Shown piece by piece: positions 7,050 through 14,772 of a stretch of DNA of 14,772 bases (positions within the stretch are counted from its first letter, which is position 1; each line of letters starts with the position of its first letter). A program made the position numbers and the translations under genes. The notes below the pieces were generated by a model. That model was not told where the DNA came from and made no database searches. It saw only the letters and a program-made list of their open reading frames with translations. The stretch lies in NCBI GenBank assembly GCA_040754655.1, contig JBFMCE010000095.1:1-14772 (forward strand), given 5' to 3'. The DNA comes from Bdellovibrionota bacterium. Lineage in GTDB: Bacteria; Bdellovibrionota; UBA1018; UBA923.

Positions 7050-7911
7050 CTAGCGGATTTTTTTGTGACAGATCCGCTGCAAGCGGACGGTACACACGAA
7101 AAGCGTATGGCGTCTTCAATCCTAGCGATTGCATGATTTCAGTTTCATTCTTTCCTTGCAGGAGGTTCTCGATCACAAAGAGATGCCTGAGGGTTCGTGG
7201 ATGCAAATGTTTCGCGCCTAATGAAGTCGCCCAGCCTTTGAATAACAATTCGACCCCTCTGGCGGTCAACCGTTCCGCATTGGGGCCGGCCTTCGAGTAT
7301 CCATAAAAGAAATATTTAGGTCCCTTCAAAAGAGCGGCGACCTGTTTAAGTGCCTCGGCGGTTGATTTGGAGACACGAACTTTGCGGGCTCTTTTGCCTC
7401 CGATAGAAAGCATGGCGCCCGTCTTATCCCAAAAACAGTCTTGCGGGCGAAGCGCTAAGGCCTCGGTGACAAGCATGCCCGTATCGAGAAGCACACCGAT
7501 CAATGCACGATTTCTAAATCCGATTGAAGATGTCGGTTGTGCTTCCATCAATCCCATCAGGCTTTCACGTGGAACGAGTCTAGGAGGCGCTTCAACCTTA
7601 TCAGGCGGAATGATTTTCTCTGAACCCACGGTGCTGACATCCATTCGCCCTGAGAGGTATCGGAGAAAGGATTTCGCGGTCATCAGTTTTCGTCTTCTCG
7701 AGTTGGGACGAAGACCTCGGATTTTGAGATCTTCATGATAAGCCTCCAGTTCGGTGAGGCCGAGTTTCTGGAAGTCAAAACCTCTGGTTTGACAGAACTG
7801 TCCTAGCTCAGCCAGGTCACACGCATAATTTTTGATCGTGTTTATGGCCTTGCCTCTGGCTTGCAGGAATCCTAAAAAAGTTTTCTTGGCTCGCTCGAAC
7901 GCTATAGACAT
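6982..7911 (-). CDS. XerD/XerC-like tyrosine recombinase homolog with degenerate active site
   Basis: Xer-like N-domain (AINTIKNYACDL, NSRRRKLMTAKSFLRYL) and the motifs GFRNRALIGVLLDTGMLVTE, HPRTLRHLF, QSLGL, FRVY. The catalytic Arg and both His positions are substituted. Overlaps the PMT 3' end by 68 bp. Confidence 0.88.
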   Translation of the reverse strand: MSIAFERAKKTFLGFLQARGKAINTIKNYACDLAELGQFCQTRGFDFQKLGLTELEAYHEDLKIRGLRPNSRRRKLMTAKSFLRYLSGRMDVSTVGSEKIIPPDKVEAPPRLVPRESLMGLMEAQPTSSIGFRNRALIGVLLDTGMLVTEALALRPQDCFWDKTGAMLSIGGKRARKVRVSKSTAEALKQVAALLKGPKYFFYGYSKAGPNAERLTARGVELLFKGWATSLGAKHLHPRTLRHLFVIENLLQGKNETEIMQSLGLKTPYAFRVYRPLAADLSQKNPLVKSSSEATYKEDADPAKELVRP

Positions 7912-7989
7912 GCTATAGCGATATTGTTTAAAACTTTCCGAGGTTCGTCAAATAGATTAGAGCCTTATGCGATATAGGGAGAAGTATTC

Positions 7990-9219
7990 ATGAATTCATT
8001 CACTACTGTGCGAAACGCTTTGCCGAGCGCCTTTGCCGCTCTAGCTCTTCTTTTTTCCGTAGGCGCTTGCACAAAGAAGACAGATGCGCCGACAGGCACG
8101 ACTTCAGGAACCTCAGACAGTTCTTCAGCCAGCACGGCTGCTTCTGGGGATGAGATCCTCATCGGTGAGGTGGGAAGCCTTACGGGTTCAGAGGCGACCT
8201 TTGGTACAAGCACTCGTGATGGTATTGATCTCGCTATCAAGCAGATCAACGAAGGCGGAGGCATCAAGGGGAAGAAACTTCGAGTGATTGTTTTGGACGA
8301 CCAGGGCAAACCTGAAGAAGCCGCGATCGCGGTGACCAAACTTATCACCCAAGATAAGGTTTCAGCGATCTTAGGTGAAGTTTCCAGTTCTCGAAGTCTT
8401 GCGATGGCGCCCATTGCGCAGTCCCATAAAATTCCAATGATCACTCCATCGTCGACGAATCCCAAAGTCACTCAGATTGGTGACTACATCTTCCGTGTTT
8501 GTTTCATTGATCCATTTCAAGGGTCTGTAATGGCGAAATTCGCCCGGAACTCTTTGAAGGCGAACACTGCGGCAATCTTGCGAGACATCAAGAATGACTA
8601 TTCGATGGGACTTGCCGAATTTTTTAATGACACCTTTACGAAAATGGGAGGAAAGGTCACCGTGATCCAGAGCTATAGCGCTGGCGATGTTGATTTCAAA
8701 ACCCAACTTTCGTCGATCAAAGCGCTTACAGGGGCGGATAAACCCGATGTGATCTTTGTTCCCGGCTACTACACCGAGGTGGGCTTGATCGCACGTCAGG
8801 CCCGTTCAATGGGTTTTAAGGTACCTCTTTTGGGTGGCGATGGTTGGGACTCAGAGAAACTCACCGAGATCGGCGAGAACTCGCTGGATGGGAGTTATTT
8901 TTCGAATCACTACTCTCCTGATGACAAGAGCCCGCATGTTCAAAAGTTCATCGCGGATTATAAGACGGTATTCAATCGCATCCCTGACGGCTTGGCGGCG
9001 ATGGGATATGATGCCGCGATGGTATTGGCAGATGCCATGAAGAGAGCGAAGACGCTTGCGTCTGAAGACGTTCGTGCGGCTATCGCTGAAACAAAAAACT
9101 ATCCTGGGGTAACTGGAAACATCACCATCAATAAGGACCGCGACGCTGAGAAGCCTGCCGTTGTTCTTGAAGTTAAAGACAAGCGCTTCATTTACAAAGA
9201 AACCATCAACCCTAGCTGA
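7990..9219 (+). CDS. livK: Branched-chain amino acid ABC transporter substrate-binding lipoprotein (LivK/LivJ family)
   Basis: Lipobox VGAC; motifs INEGGGIKGKKL, DDQGKPEEA, STNPKVT, YIFRVCFIDPFQG, GGDGWD, GYDA. SD-like AGGGAG upstream. First gene of a liv cluster. Confidence 0.95.
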   Translation: MNSFTTVRNALPSAFAALALLFSVGACTKKTDAPTGTTSGTSDSSSASTAASGDEILIGEVGSLTGSEATFGTSTRDGIDLAIKQINEGGGIKGKKLRVIVLDDQGKPEEAAIAVTKLITQDKVSAILGEVSSSRSLAMAPIAQSHKIPMITPSSTNPKVTQIGDYIFRVCFIDPFQGSVMAKFARNSLKANTAAILRDIKNDYSMGLAEFFNDTFTKMGGKVTVIQSYSAGDVDFKTQLSSIKALTGADKPDVIFVPGYYTEVGLIARQARSMGFKVPLLGGDGWDSEKLTEIGENSLDGSYFSNHYSPDDKSPHVQKFIADYKTVFNRIPDGLAAMGYDAAMVLADAMKRAKTLASEDVRAAIAETKNYPGVTGNITINKDRDAEKPAVVLEVKDKRFIYKETINPS

Positions 9220-9261
9220 CGACAAGTCTAGCAAGGGCTTGGGGGAAGGGTTTTTACTGAG

Positions 9262-10164
9262 ATGGTTGAGTTTTTACAGCACGTCATCAATGGATTAGGC
9301 CTGGGTTCGATCTATGCTTTGATTGCCCTAGGTTACACGATGGTTTTCGGGATCTTGCAGCTGATCAACTTCGCACACAGCGATGTCTATATGATTGGCG
9401 CCTTTGCGGGCTACTACGCAAGCCGCTATTTTGGCTTGGCGGATAGCCCGGGCTTGCTTTCGCTCTTGATCGCGCTTGGATGTGCAATGGGAGCTTGCGG
9501 AGCCTTAGGTTTCACCATCGAACGTTTTGCATACCGTCCGCTGAGAAAAGCACCTCGTATCAATGTTTTGATTACGGCCATTGGAGTGTCTTTGCTTTTG
9601 GAGTTTGGTGGTCAGATTGTTTTTGGCGCTGACCCGAAATTCTTTCCCACGCTCTATTCTGCGGGCAATACGCTTGTGTTTGGCGGCGTGCAGATTGAAC
9701 CCATCCAACTGCTCGTTTTCGTCGTCAGCGTGCTTTTAATGGTGGCCCTGCGATTCATCATTTTTAAGACAAAGGCCGGAAGAGCGATGAGAGCGGTCTC
9801 GTTTAGCCACACGAATGCGGCTTTGATGGGAATTCCCGTGGATCGAACCATCAGTTTTACGTTTATTCTCGGCTCCGCGCTTGCTGGCGCCGCTGGCATT
9901 CTTGTGGGACTGACCTATCCCAAGATCGACCCTCTGATGGGCGTGATGTTCGGTCTTAAAGCATTTGTCGCCGCAGTTGTGGGCGGGATTGGAAATGTCA
10001 CGGGCGCGGTACTCGGAGCCCTGTTGATGGGCGTAGCTGAGACGATGGTGATCGCTTATTGGGCCCCAACTTACCGTGATGCCCTGGCCTTTTCTCTTCT
10101 GATTCTGATCTTGCTCTTTAAACCTTCCGGATTGCTTGGCAGCCATCGAATGGAGAAGGTATGA
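9262..10164 (+). CDS. livH: Branched-chain amino acid ABC transporter permease LivH
   Basis: NGLGLGSIYALIALGYTMVFGILQLINFAH, IERFAYRPLR, GRAMRAVS, GLKAFVAAVVGGIG. Confidence 0.96.
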   Translation: MVEFLQHVINGLGLGSIYALIALGYTMVFGILQLINFAHSDVYMIGAFAGYYASRYFGLADSPGLLSLLIALGCAMGACGALGFTIERFAYRPLRKAPRINVLITAIGVSLLLEFGGQIVFGADPKFFPTLYSAGNTLVFGGVQIEPIQLLVFVVSVLLMVALRFIIFKTKAGRAMRAVSFSHTNAALMGIPVDRTISFTFILGSALAGAAGILVGLTYPKIDPLMGVMFGLKAFVAAVVGGIGNVTGAVLGALLMGVAETMVIAYWAPTYRDALAFSLLILILLFKPSGLLGSHRMEKV

Positions 10165-11216
10165 TTGCGCCGCAGAGTAAGCTCGAGGGGAGTTCCATGT
10201 ATCGGGGAGCTTCGATCTTTTTAGCAGGCATCGTGGTGTTTGCTATTTTATCGCCACTGGTGACGTCGGCCCTGCCAGCTTATTATTCCGCCATTGTCGC
10301 TTATGCGGGAATCAATGTGACGCTGGCTGTTTCGCTCAATCTCGTGCTTGGCATCACGGGGCAGTTTTCGATGGGGCATGCGGGCTTCATGGCCGTTGGA
10401 GCCTATGTCTCTTCTTACCTCTCGTTGACTGTTTTTAATCATATTCAAATTGTAGGACTTCCTTTAGAGGTCAGCCAGAATCTGTTTTTTGCGGTTTCTC
10501 TGTACATCGGTGGCCTGGCTTCCGCGGGGTTGGGATATGTCGTAGGGCTTCCTACCTTAAGACTCCGAGGCGATTATCTTGCGATCGTAACGTTAGGATT
10601 TGGTGAAATCATCCGCGTAGTGCTGCTGAATATTGACGTCGTAGGCGCGGCTCGTGGGCTCCCGGGAATTCCGCGATGGACAAGCTTTGGCTGGATCTAC
10701 GCTATCGCGTTTGTCAGCGTCCTCACGGTTCGGCGGCTGATGAACTCAGCCCATGGAAGAGCTTTTCTCGCCGTCAGAGAAGATGAAATCGCGGCTGAAG
10801 CGATGGGAGTCAATGCAACGCGGGTGAAAGTCACCGCTTTTGTGATCAGCTCTTTTTTCGCCGGAGTGGCTGGAGGTCTGTTCGCTCATTATCTCACCTA
10901 TCTCAACCCCGCGATCTTTGATTTCAACCGCAGTTTTGAGATTATCATCATGGTGGTTCTTGGCGGGATGGGTTCGACTTCGGGCGCTCTGGTAGCGGCG
11001 CTTTTCTTGACTGGCTTGCGAGAATTCTTGCGCCCGCTGCAAGAGATCACGAAACTCGATTTCCGAATGGTGATTTATTCTATTTTGCTCATCGTGCTGA
11101 TGCTCACCCGCCCGAACGGTTTTTTCGGGACGCGGGAGATTTCGGATTTCAACCTCTTCAGAAGATTTAAACGAAATGCATTGAAGGTGAATAACCCTGG
11201 AGAGAACCATGTCTGA
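10161..11216 (+). CDS. livM: Branched-chain amino acid ABC transporter permease LivM
   Basis: [66 protein letters not shown] overlap with the livH stop. Confidence 0.96.
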   Translation: MIAPQSKLEGSSMYRGASIFLAGIVVFAILSPLVTSALPAYYSAIVAYAGINVTLAVSLNLVLGITGQFSMGHAGFMAVGAYVSSYLSLTVFNHIQIVGLPLEVSQNLFFAVSLYIGGLASAGLGYVVGLPTLRLRGDYLAIVTLGFGEIIRVVLLNIDVVGAARGLPGIPRWTSFGWIYAIAFVSVLTVRRLMNSAHGRAFLAVREDEIAAEAMGVNATRVKVTAFVISSFFAGVAGGLFAHYLTYLNPAIFDFNRSFEIIIMVVLGGMGSTSGALVAALFLTGLREFLRPLQEITKLDFRMVIYSILLIVLMLTRPNGFFGTREISDFNLFRRFKRNALKVNNPGENHV

Positions 11217-12018
11217 AGTTGCATTAAAGGTCGCTGGCCTTACCATGCAATTTGGCGGGCTAAAGGCCGTATCACAACTCGACTTTGAGCTGGCCAGGGG
11301 TAGCATCACCGCGCTCATCGGACCGAATGGGGCTGGTAAAACCACTGTGTTCAATATGCTCACTGGAGTCTATGTTCCGACTGCGGGCCAGATCCAGTTT
11401 TACGGAACAATGACCACGGGCCGCAAGCCTTATGAGATCGCAGCTCTTGGGATGGCCCGGACCTTTCAAAATATTCGGCTGTTCAAGGAGCTCACGGTTC
11501 TAGACAACGTGAGAATTGCCGGAGATATACATAACAAGCCAAAGCTTTTGAGCGCGATTTTCCGAACGCCGGGCTTTAGCGCCATTGAAGCCCAAAGAGT
11601 CGAGCAAGCCCTGCGTTTGCTTAAGATTTTTGATCTTGAGAGCAGAGCCAATGACCTTGCCAAAAACCTTCCGTATGGTGCTCAAAGGCGCCTCGAAATT
11701 GTTCGCGCCCTTGCTACGGGAGTAAAGCTTCTGCTCTTGGATGAACCCGCGGCGGGCATGAATAATCAAGAGACGGTGGCTCTCATGGGTATCATTCAAA
11801 AGATCCAGAAAGAGTTTGGGCTCACGATCCTCTTGATCGAGCACGACATGAAGCTTGTGATGGGAATCAGCGAAAAGATTGTCGTTTTAGATTATGGCGT
11901 GAAGATCGCCGAGGGCCTGCCGGGCGAGATTCGGTCGAATCCCAAGGTGATTGAGGCTTATCTCGGAAAAGCGAAAGACCGCGCAAAATCAGCAACCACA
12001 ACCGGAGCAACCGTATGA
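11209..12018 (+). CDS. livG: Branched-chain amino acid ABC transporter ATP-binding protein LivG
   Basis: FGGLKAV, Walker [31 protein letters not shown], Walker [23 protein letters not shown]. Confidence 0.97.
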   Translation: MSEVALKVAGLTMQFGGLKAVSQLDFELARGSITALIGPNGAGKTTVFNMLTGVYVPTAGQIQFYGTMTTGRKPYEIAALGMARTFQNIRLFKELTVLDNVRIAGDIHNKPKLLSAIFRTPGFSAIEAQRVEQALRLLKIFDLESRANDLAKNLPYGAQRRLEIVRALATGVKLLLLDEPAAGMNNQETVALMGIIQKIQKEFGLTILLIEHDMKLVMGISEKIVVLDYGVKIAEGLPGEIRSNPKVIEAYLGKAKDRAKSATTTGATV

Positions 12019-12728
12019 GCGCGATGCTTGAGTTTCGTGACGTTCACGTGCACTACGGGTCGATCCACGCGCTGAAGGGCATCAATTTTAGCGTTGAACC
12101 GGGGAAGATCGTGACCTTGATCGGGAGCAACGGAGCAGGCAAATCCACCACGCTCAGAGCGATTTCCGGTCTGTTGCGCCCGTCGAGGGGCGAGATTTTT
12201 TTCCAAGGAGAATCCATCGGAGGCCGCAAGCCTGATTCCATTGTCGCTATGGGGGTGAGCCATGCGCCCGAAGGACGGGGTATTTTTTCGAACATGTCGG
12301 TGGAAGAGAATCTTATTTTGGGCGCGTATTTGCGAAAAGACAAAGAAAACATAGCCTCTGATATGGAGCATGTGTTCGAACTTTTTCCCAGGGTGAAAGA
12401 GCGTCTTTGGCAAAATGCAGGAACTCTTTCAGGTGGTGAGCAGCAAATGCTTGCGATCGGACGAGCGCTCATGGCAAAGCCCAAGATCTTGCTCTTAGAT
12501 GAACCTTCTTTGGGGTTAGCGCCTCAGATCATTGAAAAGATTTTCGAAATCATCGTCAAAGTGAACCAAGCAGGAACTACCGTATTGCTTGTCGAACAAA
12601 ATGCCTTGCTGGCGCTTGAAGTTGCGCATTATGCTTTGGTCTTAGAAACCGGGAAAATCGTCACCCACGGTCAGAGTAAAGATCTTTTGGATTCTGCTGA
12701 GATTCGAAAGGCTTACCTAGGAGAGTAA
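12015..12728 (+). CDS. livF: Branched-chain amino acid ABC transporter ATP-binding protein LivF
   Basis: Walker [58 protein letters not shown] overlap with livG. Confidence 0.97.
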   Translation: MSAMLEFRDVHVHYGSIHALKGINFSVEPGKIVTLIGSNGAGKSTTLRAISGLLRPSRGEIFFQGESIGGRKPDSIVAMGVSHAPEGRGIFSNMSVEENLILGAYLRKDKENIASDMEHVFELFPRVKERLWQNAGTLSGGEQQMLAIGRALMAKPKILLLDEPSLGLAPQIIEKIFEIIVKVNQAGTTVLLVEQNALLALEVAHYALVLETGKIVTHGQSKDLLDSAEIRKAYLGE

Positions 12729-13373
12729 ATGAAGATATTTATTGATAGCGCCAACCTAGAGGAGATTCAAAAAGCCAATGCAATGGGGTTGGTTGATGGA
12801 GTTACCACGAATCCGTCTTTGGTCGCAAAACAAGGGGTTCGGTTTGAGGATTTGCTACTTCGGATATGCGAAGTAATTGACGGTCCCATTAGCGCTGAAG
12901 TGGTCTCTACCGAAGCTCAAGGAATGATTCGAGAGGGCAGAGAATTGGCCAAGATTAACAGCAACATCGTCGTTAAAGTTCCTTTAACGCCTGAGGGTCT
13001 TGTGGCTACTAAGACTTTCTCGGGAGAAGGCGTCAAAACTAACGTAACCCTTTGTTTTTCGGCGGTTCAAGCCATGCTCGCCGCCAAGGCGGGAGCGACC
13101 TATATTTCCCCATTCGTAGGGCGTCTCGACGATATTTCAACAGATGGGATGAATTTAATCCAAGATATACGTACAATTTACGATAACTACGGCTTTAAGA
13201 CTGAGATACTCGTGGCAAGCGTAAGACACCCGGTGCATGTTTTGGCAGCGGCTAAAATTGGAGCAGATGTGGCAACGCTACCCTATAAGGTGATCGAGCA
13301 ACTGACCAGGCATCCGCTGACGGATATTGGGCTTAAAACCTTTTTAAAAGATTGGGAGACTGCAAAACGGTGA
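12729..13373 (+). CDS. tal: Transaldolase (short TAL/FSA family)
   Basis: [18 protein letters not shown], Schiff-base Lys in [25 protein letters not shown]. Glu in ISAEV and Phe in SPF are the transaldolase-type residues (FSA has Gln/Tyr). Confidence 0.93.
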   Translation: MKIFIDSANLEEIQKANAMGLVDGVTTNPSLVAKQGVRFEDLLLRICEVIDGPISAEVVSTEAQGMIREGRELAKINSNIVVKVPLTPEGLVATKTFSGEGVKTNVTLCFSAVQAMLAAKAGATYISPFVGRLDDISTDGMNLIQDIRTIYDNYGFKTEILVASVRHPVHVLAAAKIGADVATLPYKVIEQLTRHPLTDIGLKTFLKDWETAKR

Positions 13374-14422
13374 GATTCAAAAGACAAGGAAGTCTTTTTA
13401 AATCAGGAAGCTGTTTCATCCTTTTAAACATTGTCCTCTTACTGAAAGCGAACGCCCAGACCGAAGATTTTGGGGCTTTCAATCCAATCCCGGAAGAGCC
13501 TAAAAAAGAGGCCCTCAAGCCGCCTCCTACGCCCGCGCCCAGTATCGATCCTGAAATCCTCAAACAGCTAGAAGAGGTGGCTGAGCCCCAACAGCCATCT
13601 ACGGCCCCGGGCCCTTCTGTCCCTGCTCCCGTGGCACCAGCACCGCAAGAGACTGCGGAGACAGCGGCGCAACCAATGCCGACCCAAGAACAAGCCTCTG
13701 ATGAACGGCCTGTATCAGAGTCGAGTAACGAAAATCCCAACAAGGATCAGATCAATGAGAGGGTTCTTGAAAGTCCAACTCAATCTGTTGAAGCTTATGA
13801 AAAAGAGCGCCGCAAATTGCTCACGCTCTCTGAAATGCCCGATTGGGGCATGACGCTGAACTTCGCATACCGCGCATTCTCAAATGCGGATCTCAGGGTT
13901 TCAAACACCAGCGTTGGTTTGGGAGAAATCGCAAAGCCTCGCCTCTCAGGCCTGCATTTTGGCTTTGAAAAAATCTTCTTACGCAGCCTGGGATACCTAG
14001 CCCTGGGCGCTGAACTCGGGGGTTATGGGAGCCCCCCTCGCAATCGATTTGACGGCCTTCTCTTGGCCTTTCAATCAGCTGGCCCTTACGTGATGTACCA
14101 GGCGAATTACTTTTCAAGGCAATGGTTGGTGCCGGCTTTGCGAGCGCAATATGAGATTGTCCGCTATAGCTATACTTTTCTCGAGGGGCCTGACCAGCAA
14201 TCAAGGAGGATTCGTGGTCTATCCATGCTACCGCGTCTTGATATCGGGTTGCTGTTGTTCCTAAATATCTTTGAACCCACGTCGGCGGGCGGAATGAAGT
14301 CGAGTTGGGGCGTAAAACGCACCTATCTTGGGGCCTTTTATTCAATCGCTCAAGACTCAAAAAAGAAGAACTTCAACCTCTCAGAGAATGGCCTTCGGGT
14401 AGGTTTACGCTTCGAAATGTGA
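13370..14422 (+). CDS. Secreted protein with Pro/Ala/Thr/Glu-rich linker and putative C-terminal outer-membrane beta-barrel
   Basis: GTG 13370 overlaps the tal stop (GTGA) and gives the signal-like MRFKRQ...[14 protein letters not shown]. Low-complexity segment PPPTPAPS...PAPVAPAP, then amphipathic beta strands ending [10 protein letters not shown]. Confidence 0.8.
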   Translation: MRFKRQGSLFKSGSCFILLNIVLLLKANAQTEDFGAFNPIPEEPKKEALKPPPTPAPSIDPEILKQLEEVAEPQQPSTAPGPSVPAPVAPAPQETAETAAQPMPTQEQASDERPVSESSNENPNKDQINERVLESPTQSVEAYEKERRKLLTLSEMPDWGMTLNFAYRAFSNADLRVSNTSVGLGEIAKPRLSGLHFGFEKIFLRSLGYLALGAELGGYGSPPRNRFDGLLLAFQSAGPYVMYQANYFSRQWLVPALRAQYEIVRYSYTFLEGPDQQSRRIRGLSMLPRLDIGLLLFLNIFEPTSAGGMKSSWGVKRTYLGAFYSIAQDSKKKNFNLSENGLRVGLRFEM

Positions 14423-14520
14423 TGCCCTTATCTTGGTAGTAGCTTTGGATCCCTGTCTGAGGTGGACGTAGGTTTTTGCGTTTGGATATACGTAGTTTAA
14501 AAACATGCCCAACGAGCCTG

Positions 14521-14549
14521 TTGCAAATCCCCTCTTCATTGACTATAAA
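14521..14549 (+). promoter_or_regulatory. Sigma70-type promoter for tRNA-Leu
   Basis: TTGCAA (14521-14526), 17-nt spacer, TATAAA (14544-14549), upstream of the tRNA on the same strand. Confidence 0.65.
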
Positions 14550-14637
14550 GTTGAGCTTCTTAGCCCTTTTGTTTCTTGCGATGCGAAGTGTTTTTTGAAA
14601 TTTCAGACCCTCGTTGATTGATTGCTTGTTGGTTCGT

Positions 14638-14722
<85 letters not shown>

Positions 14723-14772
14723 TTCGAAACACTGGTCGAACGGGCACACTCAGTGCCAGTGGATTCCAAATA

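Noticed and set aside
6659..14360. Long overlapping alternative ORFs (e.g. 6659-7306, 7965-8471, 10746-11363, 11958-12413, 12053-12484, 13893-14360)
   Set aside because: Off-frame or antisense shadows of well-supported genes, with no recognisable motifs.
14728..14761. Hairpin after the tRNA (CACTGG...CCAGTG / GGCAC...GTGCC) as an intrinsic terminator
   Set aside because: No U-tract follows within the window, so it cannot be supported.

Overview
Bacterial chromosomal segment, probably from a diderm (it encodes outer-membrane beta-barrels and lipoproteins; the protein style is weakly suggestive of Bdellovibrionota/Oligoflexia, which is inference only). The left ~3.3 kb looks accessory. It holds a perfect 15-bp inverted repeat with a 6-bp spacer and dif/Xer-like ATAA-N6-TTAT core (371-406), a decayed vapBC toxin-antitoxin pair (vapB frameshifted and 5'-truncated, vapC internally deleted), an AT-rich gene for a secreted protein, and an intact tyrosine recombinase (Trp-type active site) with a long N-terminal extension that resembles a signal peptide plus Pro-rich linker. 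The middle encodes an outer-membrane beta-barrel, a HEAT-like repeat lipoprotein, a GT39/PMT-family protein O-mannosyltransferase and a XerD-like protein whose catalytic R-H-R-H tetrad reads L-R-R-L. The right half is housekeeping: livK-H-M-G-F (branched-chain amino acid ABC transporter), transaldolase, a Pro-rich putative outer-membrane protein and tRNA-Leu(GAG) with a good sigma70 promoter. No CRISPR array, rRNA or transposase was seen.
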